NCBI GenBank assembly: GCA_003567855.1 | Contig: PWYM01000267.1 | Coordinates: 1-60,264 of the forward strand | DNA from: Gammaproteobacteria bacterium | GTDB taxonomy: Bacteria; Pseudomonadota; Gammaproteobacteria; Steroidobacterales; PWYM01 | DNA: 60,264 bases | Direction of reading: 5' to 3' | Part shown: positions 18,549 through 28,003 of the stretch, one piece after another | Position numbering within the stretch: the stretch's first letter is position 1 | Layout of the letters: every line of letters starts with the position of its first letter | Notes under the pieces: generated by a model | Database searches by the model: none | What the model was told of the DNA's origin: nothing | What the model saw: the letters and a program-made list of their open reading frames with translations, nothing else | Position numbers and translations under genes: made by a program

Positions 18549-19541
18549 ATGCCGAATCGTCGGGCACACGGCCTGCCAGTGCCCCTCTCCCACGTTGCCG
18601 TCACCCAGTCGGTCGATCGCGCCCTTGAGATCCTCGGCGACCGCTGGACGACGCTGACGGTGCTCGGCGCTTTCGTGGGCTGTCGGCGCTTCGATCACTG
18701 GCGTGAACGACTTGGCATTTCCCGCAGCGTGCTGGCCAACCGGCTGCGACGCCTTCTCACGGTAGGCATCCTGCTCCGCGAGCCCATCGAGCCGGGCGCC
18801 CGCCGACACGGCTACCGGCTGACCCCGATGGGCCTCGATCTGCATGGCTGGGCGCTGGCCATACGCCACTGGGAGATGTCATGGACTTCCGTCGCTGACG
18901 ACTATCCGCTGTTTCTGCGCCACCGCGTCTGCGGGTCGGCCTTCGAGCCCGAATTCGTCTGCGCGGCCTGTGATGAGCGCGTCGATGCTCCGGATCAGAT
19001 CCAGGTGGCCAATTCGGGCGGCGGAGTGCGGCGCGCGGTGTCGCCGGTTGCCGGTGCGCGGCAGCGGCGATCGACGATCACCCGCGATACCGCCCAGGGC
19101 AGCTTCGGCTACCTCTTCGGCGAGTGCGTGGAAATCGTCGCCGATCGCTGGTCCTTCCTGGTCATCGCCGCGGCGTTTGCCGGTGTCACGCGCTTTCAGG
19201 CGCTCGAGGGCGAGCTCGGCATCGCCAGCAACATCCTCAGCGACAGGCTTCGCAGGCTCGAGGAACTCGGCGTGCTCGAACGCCAGCGCTACCAGGCGCA
19301 TCCCGCCCGCTACGAGTATTGCCTGACCGCATCGGGGCGGGACCTCTACCCGATGCTGCTGATGCTGTCCAACTGGGGAGATCGCTGGCTGTGGGGGCGG
19401 GGCGGGCCATGGCACAGCGTCATCCATCGTGGTTGCGGCCATCCCCTGGAGCTGGTCACGCGGTGCAGCGCCTGTGCCGGGCGACTGCGTCCGCAGGACG
19501 TGCGTCTCGAGCACGCCGGTATCCCCATCTACGGTGGGTGA
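18549..19541 (+). CDS. Tandem HxlR-family winged-HTH transcriptional regulator
   Basis: Two copies of DRW....RF.....LGI....L..RL..L...G.L....Y.LT..G.DL, each followed by H..CG...C..C. Confidence 0.88.
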   Translation: MPNRRAHGLPVPLSHVAVTQSVDRALEILGDRWTTLTVLGAFVGCRRFDHWRERLGISRSVLANRLRRLLTVGILLREPIEPGARRHGYRLTPMGLDLHGWALAIRHWEMSWTSVADDYPLFLRHRVCGSAFEPEFVCAACDERVDAPDQIQVANSGGGVRRAVSPVAGARQRRSTITRDTAQGSFGYLFGECVEIVADRWSFLVIAAAFAGVTRFQALEGELGIASNILSDRLRRLEELGVLERQRYQAHPARYEYCLTASGRDLYPMLLMLSNWGDRWLWGRGGPWHSVIHRGCGHPLELVTRCSACAGRLRPQDVRLEHAGIPIYGG

Positions 19542-19551
19542 GCACGGTCAC

Positions 19552-19598
19552 TTTACGCCACCCCTCTGGCGTGCCTAGAATGGTTTCAAAGTGCAAGT
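19552..19598 (+). promoter_or_regulatory. Putative sigma70 promoter plus operator for the oxygenase operon
   Basis: TTTACG-N18-TAGAAT followed directly by TGGTTTCAAAGTGCAAGT, a motif repeated at 25048. Confidence 0.5.
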
Positions 19599-19619
19599 AA
19601 GTTGCGATGCGGGGTAGCC

Positions 19620-21101
19620 ATGAGTGCAGTCACGCTGAGAAATCTTCCCGAACATGACGGCGCACTGCCTCCCGATGCGCCCGAGTGGATCCGGGACATC
19701 GACAACCCGTACCTCCACGGCGTGTACGCGCCGACGACCCGCGAGGTGAGCGCAAGCGGGCTGGAGGTGACCGGCCGTCTGCCACACGATCTGCACGGGC
19801 TCTACGTGCGAAACGGTCCGAACCCCGTGCACGCGCCGCCCCACCGCCATCACTGGTTCGACGGTGATGCGTGGCTTGCGGCCATCCGCTTCGAGCGGGG
19901 AGAGGCCTCGTTCCAGAGTCGCTGGGTGCACACGAAGGCGTTCGAAATGGAACGCGAGGCCGGGCATGCGATCTGGCCCGGCGTGCTGGGTCCGTACGAT
20001 TTCACGCTGCCCATCGGTCCCATCAAGGACACGGCCAACACCGACATCACCTGGTTCCGGGGGCGGCTCCTGGCATTGTGGTACGACGCCGGTACGCCCT
20101 ACGCGGTCGACCCGCTCACGCTGGACACGCTGGGCCCGGAAGACTTCGATGGACAGCTCGACCAGCGGCTTTCGGCCCACTCCAAGCCCGATGAGCGCAC
20201 CGGTGAACTGCTGTTCTTCAACTACAGCCATTTCGAGCCGTGGCTCGGGTTCGGCGTGATCGATGCTGCCGGGCGCATGGTGCATCGCACCCGCGTCGAG
20301 CTGCCCGGCCCGCGGCTGCCACATGACATCGGTTTCACGGAACGGTACGTGATCCTGCACGACCTGCCGTTCTTCCACGACGTCGAGCTGCTGCGCGACA
20401 AGGGCAAGCGCATCGCGACCTTCCGCGAGGACATGCCCTCGCGCTTTGGTGTGCTGCCGCGTGATGCGGACGGCAGCGAGGTGCGCTGGTTCGAAGCGCA
20501 GGCGGGCTACGTGCTGCACGTGATCAACGCCTGGGAAGAGGGCGACGAAATCGTCATGGACGGCTTCACGTCGACGAACCCGCTGCCGCGTCCCGATCCT
20601 GAAGACGGGTCGCTCAAGGCGATGCTCGCCTATCTCCGGCTGGAGGCTTCGATGCACAGGTGGCGTTTCAACCTGGGCACCGGCGAGACGCGCGAGCACC
20701 CGCTCGATGACACCAACGCCGAATTCCCGATCATCAACAATACGCGCGCGGGATTGCCGACGCGTTACTCATGGAGCCAGGTGATACCGCCTGCGCGCAC
20801 GCTGACCTTTTCCGGCCTGATGAAATTCGACTCGGTCACCGGCCGCCGCCAGCTGTTCGATTATGGTCCCGGCGTCTACGGCAGCGAGGCCGCCTTCGCG
20901 CCCAGGCCGGGCGCGGTGGACGAGGATGACGGTTACGTCACGACCTTCGTCACGGACACCGCCGACTGGAGTTCCTGGTGCCTCGTCTTCGATGCCCGCG
21001 ACATCGCCGCAGGTCCGCTGGCGCGGGTGAGGATTCCACAGCGACTGCCTGCCGGGTTCCACGCCACGTGGGTGGATGGCGCAAGGCTCGACAGACGGTA
21101 G
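19620..21101 (+). CDS. Carotenoid cleavage oxygenase / lignostilbene dioxygenase (RPE65) family protein
   Basis: G.YVRNGPNP, HWFDGD, NT; four Fe His (SAHSK, PHDIG, LHVINAWE, GFHATW); EFP and GSEAAF; EDDGY. Confidence 0.92.
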   Translation: MSAVTLRNLPEHDGALPPDAPEWIRDIDNPYLHGVYAPTTREVSASGLEVTGRLPHDLHGLYVRNGPNPVHAPPHRHHWFDGDAWLAAIRFERGEASFQSRWVHTKAFEMEREAGHAIWPGVLGPYDFTLPIGPIKDTANTDITWFRGRLLALWYDAGTPYAVDPLTLDTLGPEDFDGQLDQRLSAHSKPDERTGELLFFNYSHFEPWLGFGVIDAAGRMVHRTRVELPGPRLPHDIGFTERYVILHDLPFFHDVELLRDKGKRIATFREDMPSRFGVLPRDADGSEVRWFEAQAGYVLHVINAWEEGDEIVMDGFTSTNPLPRPDPEDGSLKAMLAYLRLEASMHRWRFNLGTGETREHPLDDTNAEFPIINNTRAGLPTRYSWSQVIPPARTLTFSGLMKFDSVTGRRQLFDYGPGVYGSEAAFAPRPGAVDEDDGYVTTFVTDTADWSSWCLVFDARDIAAGPLARVRIPQRLPAGFHATWVDGARLDRR

Positions 21102-21190
21102 ACGTGAGGCCCGGGGACGGCCGGCCCGGGGTGCAGACTGAAAGGGGGGAGTCGCGCGTGGTGGTCTGATGGGCCGCCCGCGCCTGACAC

Positions 21191-22537
21191 ATGGACGTCA
21201 ACTACACAGCAGACCGCCCGTGGCCACGTCCCCGCTATGCGTGGTACGTGGTTTTCATCCTGGTCCTCGCGTACACGAATTCGTTCGTGGACCGCCAGAT
21301 CATCGCGCTGCTGGTCGGCCCCATCCGCGCCGATCTCGGGATATCGGATACCCAGATCAGCCTCCTGATGGGTTTTTCGTTCGCGGTGTTTTACTGCCTG
21401 ATGGGGCTGCCGATCGCGCGGTTGGCCGATTCGGGCAACCGTCGCAACATCATCGCCATCGGCATGCTGTTCTGGAGTTTCATGACTATTGCGTGCGGTC
21501 TCGCGCGCAATTACTGGCAACTGTTCGCCGCGCGAGTCGGCGTCGGCGTCGGGGAGGCCGCGCTGTCGCCACCGGCTTACTCGATGCTCACAGACTATTT
21601 CCCCAAGGAGCGCCTGGGGCGCGCGATCAGCGTGTATTCGACGGGCGTCTACATCGGCGCGGGACTGGCCTACGTGCTCGGCGGGTTCGTGATCGGGCTC
21701 GTCGAGGCCGCCGATCCGGTCTCGTTGCCCATGGTCGGTGAGCTTTACCCGTGGCAGCTCGCGTTCCTCTACGTGGGGCTGCCGGGCATCCTGCTCGTGA
21801 TCGTGATGTGGCTCACGGTGCGCGAACCGTTTCGCCAGGGGGTCGGCGTCTCGCAGAAGGCGGTGCCGTTCCGTGACGTCGGGGCCTATCTGCGGTTGCA
21901 CCGCGCGACGCTGACCTGTCACTTCCTCGGGCTCGCGATCATGGGCATGGTCACGATCGCGTTCGTGTCATGGATACCGGAGTACTTCGTGCGCCTGCAC
22001 GGGTGGGCCGCCGCCGATATCGGCCTGGCCTTCGGCCTGGCGCTGATGATCTTCGGCACCGCGGGCGTGTACGCAGGCGGCTGGCTGGCCGACATCCTGA
22101 CGCGCCGCGGGCATCGTGATTCTGCGCTGCGCGCGATCATGGTGGGCTATGCGATGCAGATCCCGCTGGGCCTCGCCGTGGTCCTTGCGCCGAACGGGAC
22201 CGTCGCGGTGATCCTGCTGCTGCCGTTTACGTTTTTCCTCAGCTTTCACCAGGGGCTGACGTTTGCGGCCCTGCAGCTGATCTGTCCCAACCGGTTGCGC
22301 GCGCAGCTCAGCGCGCTTTTCATGTTCGTCGCGAACCTCATCGCACTGGGTGCGGGCCCCACGGTCGCGGCGCTGCTCACCGATTTCGTCTATCGTGACC
22401 CGCAGGCGCTGGGCCTGTCGCTGGCGACCATGGTGGCCGTGCTGATCCCAGTCGGTCTCGTGATCCTGCGGCTGGGACTCGCGCCGTTCCGCGCCAGTGT
22501 CGCGCATGTCGAGGCGGCGGAGACCGCCGGCGCATGA
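21191..22537 (+). CDS. MFS transporter (spinster-like)
   Basis: VDRQII, RLADSGNRR, ARVGVGVGEA motifs; 12-TM-like hydrophobicity. Confidence 0.9.
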   Translation: MDVNYTADRPWPRPRYAWYVVFILVLAYTNSFVDRQIIALLVGPIRADLGISDTQISLLMGFSFAVFYCLMGLPIARLADSGNRRNIIAIGMLFWSFMTIACGLARNYWQLFAARVGVGVGEAALSPPAYSMLTDYFPKERLGRAISVYSTGVYIGAGLAYVLGGFVIGLVEAADPVSLPMVGELYPWQLAFLYVGLPGILLVIVMWLTVREPFRQGVGVSQKAVPFRDVGAYLRLHRATLTCHFLGLAIMGMVTIAFVSWIPEYFVRLHGWAAADIGLAFGLALMIFGTAGVYAGGWLADILTRRGHRDSALRAIMVGYAMQIPLGLAVVLAPNGTVAVILLLPFTFFLSFHQGLTFAALQLICPNRLRAQLSALFMFVANLIALGAGPTVAALLTDFVYRDPQALGLSLATMVAVLIPVGLVILRLGLAPFRASVAHVEAAETAGA

Positions 22538-23481
22538 AACGCATCGTCGCGATCCTCGGCTTCTATGTCCGGCTGATGCCAAGCTTCAGCGCGCTGGGCT
22601 ATCTTGCGCGGCGGCTCACGTGGGGACGGATGCGCGCCGATTTTCACGGGCAGCGATGGGTCGTGACCGGCGGCTCGGACGGCATCGGGCGGGCTATCGT
22701 GCGCGCCGCCGCGCTTGCCGGCGCCGAAGTGATCGCGGTCGCGCGGGCGTCGGAACGTCTCGAGCGCGTCGTCCACGGACTGCCGGCCGACGCGGCGGCG
22801 CGTATCACGACGCGTGCGGCGAATCTGTCGCTGATCCGGGAGACGGCCACGCTGGCGGACAGCCTGGCGACAGCGCCCGGATCGATAGACGTGCTGGTCA
22901 ACAACGCCGGCATCCTGCTGGCTGCACCCGAACCCACCGACGAGGGCCTGGAAGCATCGTTCACGGTCAACCTGCTGAGCCACTACCAGCTGACCGAAGC
23001 GCTGATCGGCGCCGGCGTCATTGGCGCAAACGGGGTCGTCGTGAACATGTCGTCGGGCGGCATGTACAACGTCCCTCTGAACATCAAGGGCCTGCTGCGC
23101 ACCGACCCGGACCGCTATTCGGGCAAGATCGTCTATGCGTGTCACAAGCGTGCGCAGGTCGCGTTGACGGACTACTGGAACGCGCGATACGGCGACAGAG
23201 GCATACAGTTCCACGTGATGCACCCCGGTTGGGTCAGAACCGCCGGCGTGCGCCGCTCGATGCCGCTGTTTGCGAAACTGCAGGCGCCGGTGCTGCGCAC
23301 ACCGCGCCAGGGGGGCGACACGGCGCTCTGGCTCTGCCATGCGAGGCCGCAGCCGCAGCCGGACCGCATCTGGTTCGATCGCCGTCCGCGCGGGGTTCAC
23401 CTCATGGCTGCGACTCGCAACGCGCGCAGTACCCCGGAGGCGCTTGCGGACTACCTTCAATCGATGCTGGAGCGGACATGA
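22534..23481 (+). CDS. SDR family oxidoreductase (DHRS12-like)
   Basis: TGGSDGIG, NNAG, MSSGGMY, YACHK, MHPGWV. Confidence 0.88.
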   Translation: MKRIVAILGFYVRLMPSFSALGYLARRLTWGRMRADFHGQRWVVTGGSDGIGRAIVRAAALAGAEVIAVARASERLERVVHGLPADAAARITTRAANLSLIRETATLADSLATAPGSIDVLVNNAGILLAAPEPTDEGLEASFTVNLLSHYQLTEALIGAGVIGANGVVVNMSSGGMYNVPLNIKGLLRTDPDRYSGKIVYACHKRAQVALTDYWNARYGDRGIQFHVMHPGWVRTAGVRRSMPLFAKLQAPVLRTPRQGGDTALWLCHARPQPQPDRIWFDRRPRGVHLMAATRNARSTPEALADYLQSMLERT

Positions 23482-25004
23482 GACTGCCTGATCTGCTCGA
23501 CTACCACGCCCGCGCGGAACCGATGCGGCTGTTTGCCGCAGACGATCGCACCGAGATCGGTTACGGCGACGCGGCCGCGCACGTCGCGCGGCTCGCGGCC
23601 GGTATGCGCGCCGGCGGCCTGCAGCGCGGCGACCGGGTTGCGCTGCTCGCGCGCAACCGCGCCGAATACGTGCTGTGGCAGTTTGCGTGTGCCCGCGCGG
23701 GTACGTGCCTGGTGCTGTTGAATTTCCACCTTGCCGAGAAAGAACTCGAGTACATCCTCGGTGACTGCACGCCGCGCTGGCTGGTCACCGAGGCGCGTTT
23801 TCAGGCCATGGCCGAACGGCTGAGCCGTGGCCTGAACTCGGTCGAGCGGGTGGTGATGCTCGATGTCGACGGCCATCCCGAGAGCTGGCTCGCGATCGGG
23901 CAGGGCGATCCGGTTCCGGATGCGACAGAGGTGTCCCTCGAGGATGACCTCTACATCATGTACACGAGCGGCACCACCGGTCGGCCCAAAGGCGCGGTAC
24001 ACACGCAGCGCTCCCTGATGACAACGGTCACGCAGCTTGGCATTACGTGGGATATGAATGCCGGCGAGCGCCAGCTCGTCATCGCGCCGCTGTTCCATGC
24101 TGCGGCGTCGATCATGGCGCTGACCGGCATCGTCCGGGGCGGCAGTCTCATCATCCATGAGCGCTTCGACCCGGAGGCGGTGGTGGCAGCGCTGCACGAA
24201 GCGCGCATTGACCGCACCGCGATGGTGCCTTCGATGATACACGCGTGTCTCGAGCATGCGTCCCCGGCGCTGCAGAAGACGCCGCCACCGCTGCGGTCGG
24301 TCATCTACGGGGCTTCGGCGATCGAGACCGGTCTGCTCGAGCGCGCGATGCGCACGTTCGGCTGCGGTTTCATCCAGGGCTTCGGACAGACCGAGTCGAA
24401 TACGCTGACGACGCTGACCGAGGCCGATCACCGCCGGGCACTGGACGGGCACGAGCACCTGCTGAGGTCCGCCGGGCGCGCGGTGCCCGGCACGGCGCTG
24501 CGCATCGTCGATGCCGAAGGGCGCGACCTGCCGCCGGGCGAGGTCGGCGAGATCGTCGCCCGCGGCGAACAGTCGATGCGCGGCTACTGGCGCCGTGACG
24601 AGGCGACCGCCGCGACCGTCGTAGACGGCTGGCTGCATACCGGTGATGCGGGTTGTCTCGATGACGAAGGCTACCTGTACATCCGTGACCGGCTGACCGA
24701 CATGATCATCAGCGGCGGTGAGAACGTCTATCCGCGCGAGGTCGAGAACGTACTCGCCGAACATCCGCAGGTGCTCGAAGTCGCGGTCATCGGCATGCCC
24801 GATCCGCGCTGGGGGGAGGCGGTGACCGCGGTGGTCGTGCCGAGGTCCGGCGAGGTGCCTGTGCTGGATGATCTGCAGGCTTTCGCCGCCGGCCAGCTCG
24901 CGCGCTACAAGTTGCCCCGCCGTCTGGAGATCGTCACGGCCCTGCCGCGCAACGCGACCGGCAAGGTGCTCAAGCGTGAGTTGCGGATCACCTGCGCGAA
25001 CTGA
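23478..25004 (+). CDS. Long-chain acyl-CoA synthetase / AMP-binding enzyme
   Basis: YTSGTTGRPKG, PLFH, GFGQTE, LHTGD, ISGGENVYP, RNATGKVLK; ATGA overlap with SDR. Confidence 0.92.
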   Translation: MRLPDLLDYHARAEPMRLFAADDRTEIGYGDAAAHVARLAAGMRAGGLQRGDRVALLARNRAEYVLWQFACARAGTCLVLLNFHLAEKELEYILGDCTPRWLVTEARFQAMAERLSRGLNSVERVVMLDVDGHPESWLAIGQGDPVPDATEVSLEDDLYIMYTSGTTGRPKGAVHTQRSLMTTVTQLGITWDMNAGERQLVIAPLFHAAASIMALTGIVRGGSLIIHERFDPEAVVAALHEARIDRTAMVPSMIHACLEHASPALQKTPPPLRSVIYGASAIETGLLERAMRTFGCGFIQGFGQTESNTLTTLTEADHRRALDGHEHLLRSAGRAVPGTALRIVDAEGRDLPPGEVGEIVARGEQSMRGYWRRDEATAATVVDGWLHTGDAGCLDDEGYLYIRDRLTDMIISGGENVYPREVENVLAEHPQVLEVAVIGMPDPRWGEAVTAVVVPRSGEVPVLDDLQAFAAGQLARYKLPRRLEIVTALPRNATGKVLKRELRITCAN

Positions 25005-25047
25005 CTCAACGGCTTGCCGGTTCATTCTGCGCGTGATAGCTTCGCGT

Positions 25048-25065
25048 TGGTTCTATTAAGCAAGT
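25048..25065 (+). promoter_or_regulatory. Putative operator, second copy
   Basis: TGGTTCTATTAAGCAAGT, 12/18 identical to the site at 19581-19598, upstream of the second operon. Confidence 0.45.
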
Positions 25066-25191
25066 GTCATGGTCACACCGTGGCCGGTCGGCATCCGGGT
25101 CGGGGGAGTCGGGTTGCCGGTTGTCGGATCTCGTCCGGCATGCGCGAGACCTCCCCCGCTGCAATACCCAATCGGCACAGAGGCTCGCGAC

Positions 25192-27471
25192 ATGAATCAG
25201 CATTACCGTCCGGCAACCCGGCTCACCGCGCTCGCCGCCGCGATGTTCGGCGCAGGTGCAATCTCGCTGGCGGCGTCACCCGACGCGGCCGCCCAGCCCG
25301 CTGAATCCGGTGCGGCCAGCGCCGGCCGGCTCGACGAGGTTGTCGTCACGGCTCGACGCCGCGAGGAAAGTCTCCAGCAGGTCCCCATCGCGGTGTCGGC
25401 GTTCGACGGCGAGCAGCTGAGCCGCGCGGGCATGAATGACCTGTCATCGCTGACCGGACGAGTCCCGAGCTTCACCTTCCAGGAGGCCCAGTCCAACAAG
25501 CAGGACCTGTTCCTTCGCGGCATCGGTACGTCGCGTCTCGATGCCGCGGTCGTCGACCCGTCGATCGGCATGTTCCAGGACGAGGTCTACATCGGGCGCA
25601 GAGGTACCGCACAGCCACCGCTGTTCGACCTGGCGCGCGTCGAGGTGCTGCGCGGGCCGCAGGGTACGCTGTGGGGGCGCAACGTCGTCGGTGGCGCTAT
25701 CGGCATGGTCACCGCCCGCCCCGAGTTCGATCGCTCCGGCGGCATCCAGGTACGCGCGGGCGTGTCGGACGGGCACTTTCGCTCAGCCATCTATGGCGCT
25801 GAAGGCTTCGTCACCGGCGGCATTACCGACCGTATCGCCGGGCGTGCCGCGGTGTACATGAACAGCCACGGAGGCTATTCGCGCAACGTACGTCCCGATC
25901 CCACGCCGACCTCGTCGGGCAACCAGCGCCTCGCCAACCAGGACATGCTGGCGCTGCGCGGTTCGCTGCTGTTCGATATCACGCAGGATATCGAGTTCAA
26001 CCTCGTGGCCGACTTCAGTCGGGACTCTTCGGACGGCGCCTGCCGGCACGCGGTCCAGAACCCGAACACCGCGCCGGGCGCGGCCGCCGGCAGCGGACTG
26101 CTGCCCGAAAACGTCCGTGACTGCGACACGCCGTACCGGCAGTTTACCGACCGCGATACCGCTGGACTCACCGGGCGCCTGGAGTGGAACCTGGACCAGA
26201 TCTCCCTGACCTGGCTGTCCGCCCTCCGCCATGGTGACTCGGTCGATTTCATGTCCCAGTCCGGAACGTCCTCGCCACCGTCGCTTACCGACAGCCTGGT
26301 CTCGTTGGACGAAAACTATCGTGGCCTGACCCAGGAGTTGCGCGTCTCCTCGGATTACGACACCCGGTTCAACTACACGGCGGGGCTCTACTACCTGCGC
26401 GAGCGCACCAACTCGAGTCACACCAACCTCGCGACCTCCTTCGCCAACACCGGACCAGGCTCGCTGGGCGATATTCTCGATGGTGAGTGGGAATACACCC
26501 AGCGTGGCGTCTCCTACAATCAGGGCGTGTTCGCCGAGCTGTACTTCGACCTTTCCGATACGGTGCAGCTGACGCTTGGCGGGCGTTACACGCGTGACCG
26601 CAAGACTTTCTACAATGCGGCGGAGTGTCTTGACTTCGGTCCTCCCGGCTCGATCCTGTGCGTCGCGCCGCTGGGTGTCGCCGAGGACGAGTTCAGTGTT
26701 CGCGTCGACGACACCTGGAACGAATTCACGCCCAAAGTGGCGCTCGACTGGCAGGTGACCGACGAGGCGCTGCTGTACGTGAGCGCCACGCGCGGCTTCA
26801 AGGGCGGCGGCTGGCAGAGCAAGCCGGAGAACGAGGTCGCGGCGCGTGCCGGATACGACCCGGAAACCGCCTGGAACTACGAGGTCGGCGCCAAGTCCGA
26901 CCTGCTTGATGGCCGCCTGCGGCTGAACGTCGCGGCGTTCTACACCGACTTCAGCGATCTGCAGGTCGAAGTGCTCGACGACGAACTGCTCGTGCTGGTC
27001 GTCGACAACGCGGCCGAAGCTACCATCCGCGGCCTGGAAGTCGAAGCCAACTGGTTCGCCACCGAATACCTCTCGCTCTGGCTGAGCGGCTCGCTGCTCG
27101 ACACCGAGTACGAGGACTTCGGGGCCAACACCGGAAATACGCTGCAGTTCACCTCCGAGGAAATGGTCAGCGCCGGATTCGACTGGGAGTTCCCGCTCGC
27201 CAACGGCGGCGTCATCGACTGGCGGATGGAATACCGCTGGCAGGGCACCAAGTACTGGAATCCGGAGAACACGCTCAGCGAGAGCCCGATCGGTCTGGTC
27301 GACGGACGCCTCGCGTACCGGCCCGACCAGGGCAACTGGGAAGTCGCATTATGGGGGCGCAATCTCACCGACACGACCTACCGCGTGGGCGTGATCCCGT
27401 TCATCGGCGACGTGTTCTCACGTTACGCGGCACCGCGCAGCTTTGGCGTGCAGTTCAACGCGAGCTTCTGA
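25192..27471 (+). CDS. TonB-dependent receptor
   Basis: Signal peptide, DEVVVTARRREESLQQVP, EVLRGPQGTLWG, PE...NYEVG.K, GRNL.D, terminal Phe. Confidence 0.93.
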   Translation: MNQHYRPATRLTALAAAMFGAGAISLAASPDAAAQPAESGAASAGRLDEVVVTARRREESLQQVPIAVSAFDGEQLSRAGMNDLSSLTGRVPSFTFQEAQSNKQDLFLRGIGTSRLDAAVVDPSIGMFQDEVYIGRRGTAQPPLFDLARVEVLRGPQGTLWGRNVVGGAIGMVTARPEFDRSGGIQVRAGVSDGHFRSAIYGAEGFVTGGITDRIAGRAAVYMNSHGGYSRNVRPDPTPTSSGNQRLANQDMLALRGSLLFDITQDIEFNLVADFSRDSSDGACRHAVQNPNTAPGAAAGSGLLPENVRDCDTPYRQFTDRDTAGLTGRLEWNLDQISLTWLSALRHGDSVDFMSQSGTSSPPSLTDSLVSLDENYRGLTQELRVSSDYDTRFNYTAGLYYLRERTNSSHTNLATSFANTGPGSLGDILDGEWEYTQRGVSYNQGVFAELYFDLSDTVQLTLGGRYTRDRKTFYNAAECLDFGPPGSILCVAPLGVAEDEFSVRVDDTWNEFTPKVALDWQVTDEALLYVSATRGFKGGGWQSKPENEVAARAGYDPETAWNYEVGAKSDLLDGRLRLNVAAFYTDFSDLQVEVLDDELLVLVVDNAAEATIRGLEVEANWFATEYLSLWLSGSLLDTEYEDFGANTGNTLQFTSEEMVSAGFDWEFPLANGGVIDWRMEYRWQGTKYWNPENTLSESPIGLVDGRLAYRPDQGNWEVALWGRNLTDTTYRVGVIPFIGDVFSRYAAPRSFGVQFNASF

Positions 27472-27472
27472 C

Positions 27473-28003
27473 GTGGCGGCGCGTGACCCCGAACTGCAGG
27501 CGTTGCTCGACAAGCAGGCGATCCACGAACTGCTCGTACGCTATACGCGCGGTATAGACCGCGCCGACGTCGAGCTGCTGCGAAGCTGCTACCACGAGGA
27601 TGCCACCGAAGACCATGCAGGCGTGTTCGTCGGGCGCGCGATGGACTATATCGCGCATATCGAGCACGCGCTGCCACGCGCACGCGTGATGACCCACGCG
27701 GTGTCCAACGTCCTGATCGAGCTCGAAGGCGATGTTGCATGGGCCGAGGCCTATGTCACCACCTATGCACGCATGAAGAAGGGGGAGCAGCGCTTTGACA
27801 CGATGACGCTGGCCCGCACCTTCGACCGCGTGGAACGCCGTGATGGCGTGTGGCGCATTGCCGCGCGACGCATGAGTCTCGAGTGGAACCATGACCTTGA
27901 GATCGCCGAGGGCTGGGGCCATGGCCTCATCGTACCGCCCGACGCCACGCCCGTGCGCGGTGCGAAGAAGCCGGACGACATGATCTACCAGCGCGAACAA
28001 TGA
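27473..28003 (+). CDS. SnoaL/NTF2-like protein (LinA/BaiE/scytalone dehydratase-like)
   Basis: L.DKQAI.EL..RY.RG.DR.D, THAVSN..I...GD.A, RRDG.WRI pattern. Confidence 0.82.
   Translation: MAARDPELQALLDKQAIHELLVRYTRGIDRADVELLRSCYHEDATEDHAGVFVGRAMDYIAHIEHALPRARVMTHAVSNVLIELEGDVAWAEAYVTTYARMKKGEQRFDTMTLARTFDRVERRDGVWRIAARRMSLEWNHDLEIAEGWGHGLIVPPDATPVRGAKKPDDMIYQREQ

Noticed and set aside
22497-23477. Apparent 835-aa fusion (N-terminal extension of the acyl-CoA ligase); likewise the extended starts of ORFs 5236-7260, 8798-10024, 43029-44834 and 53687-57130
   Set aside because: The extensions are Arg/Gly-rich off-frame reads of the upstream gene; true starts lie at ATGA overlaps or RBS-supported codons.
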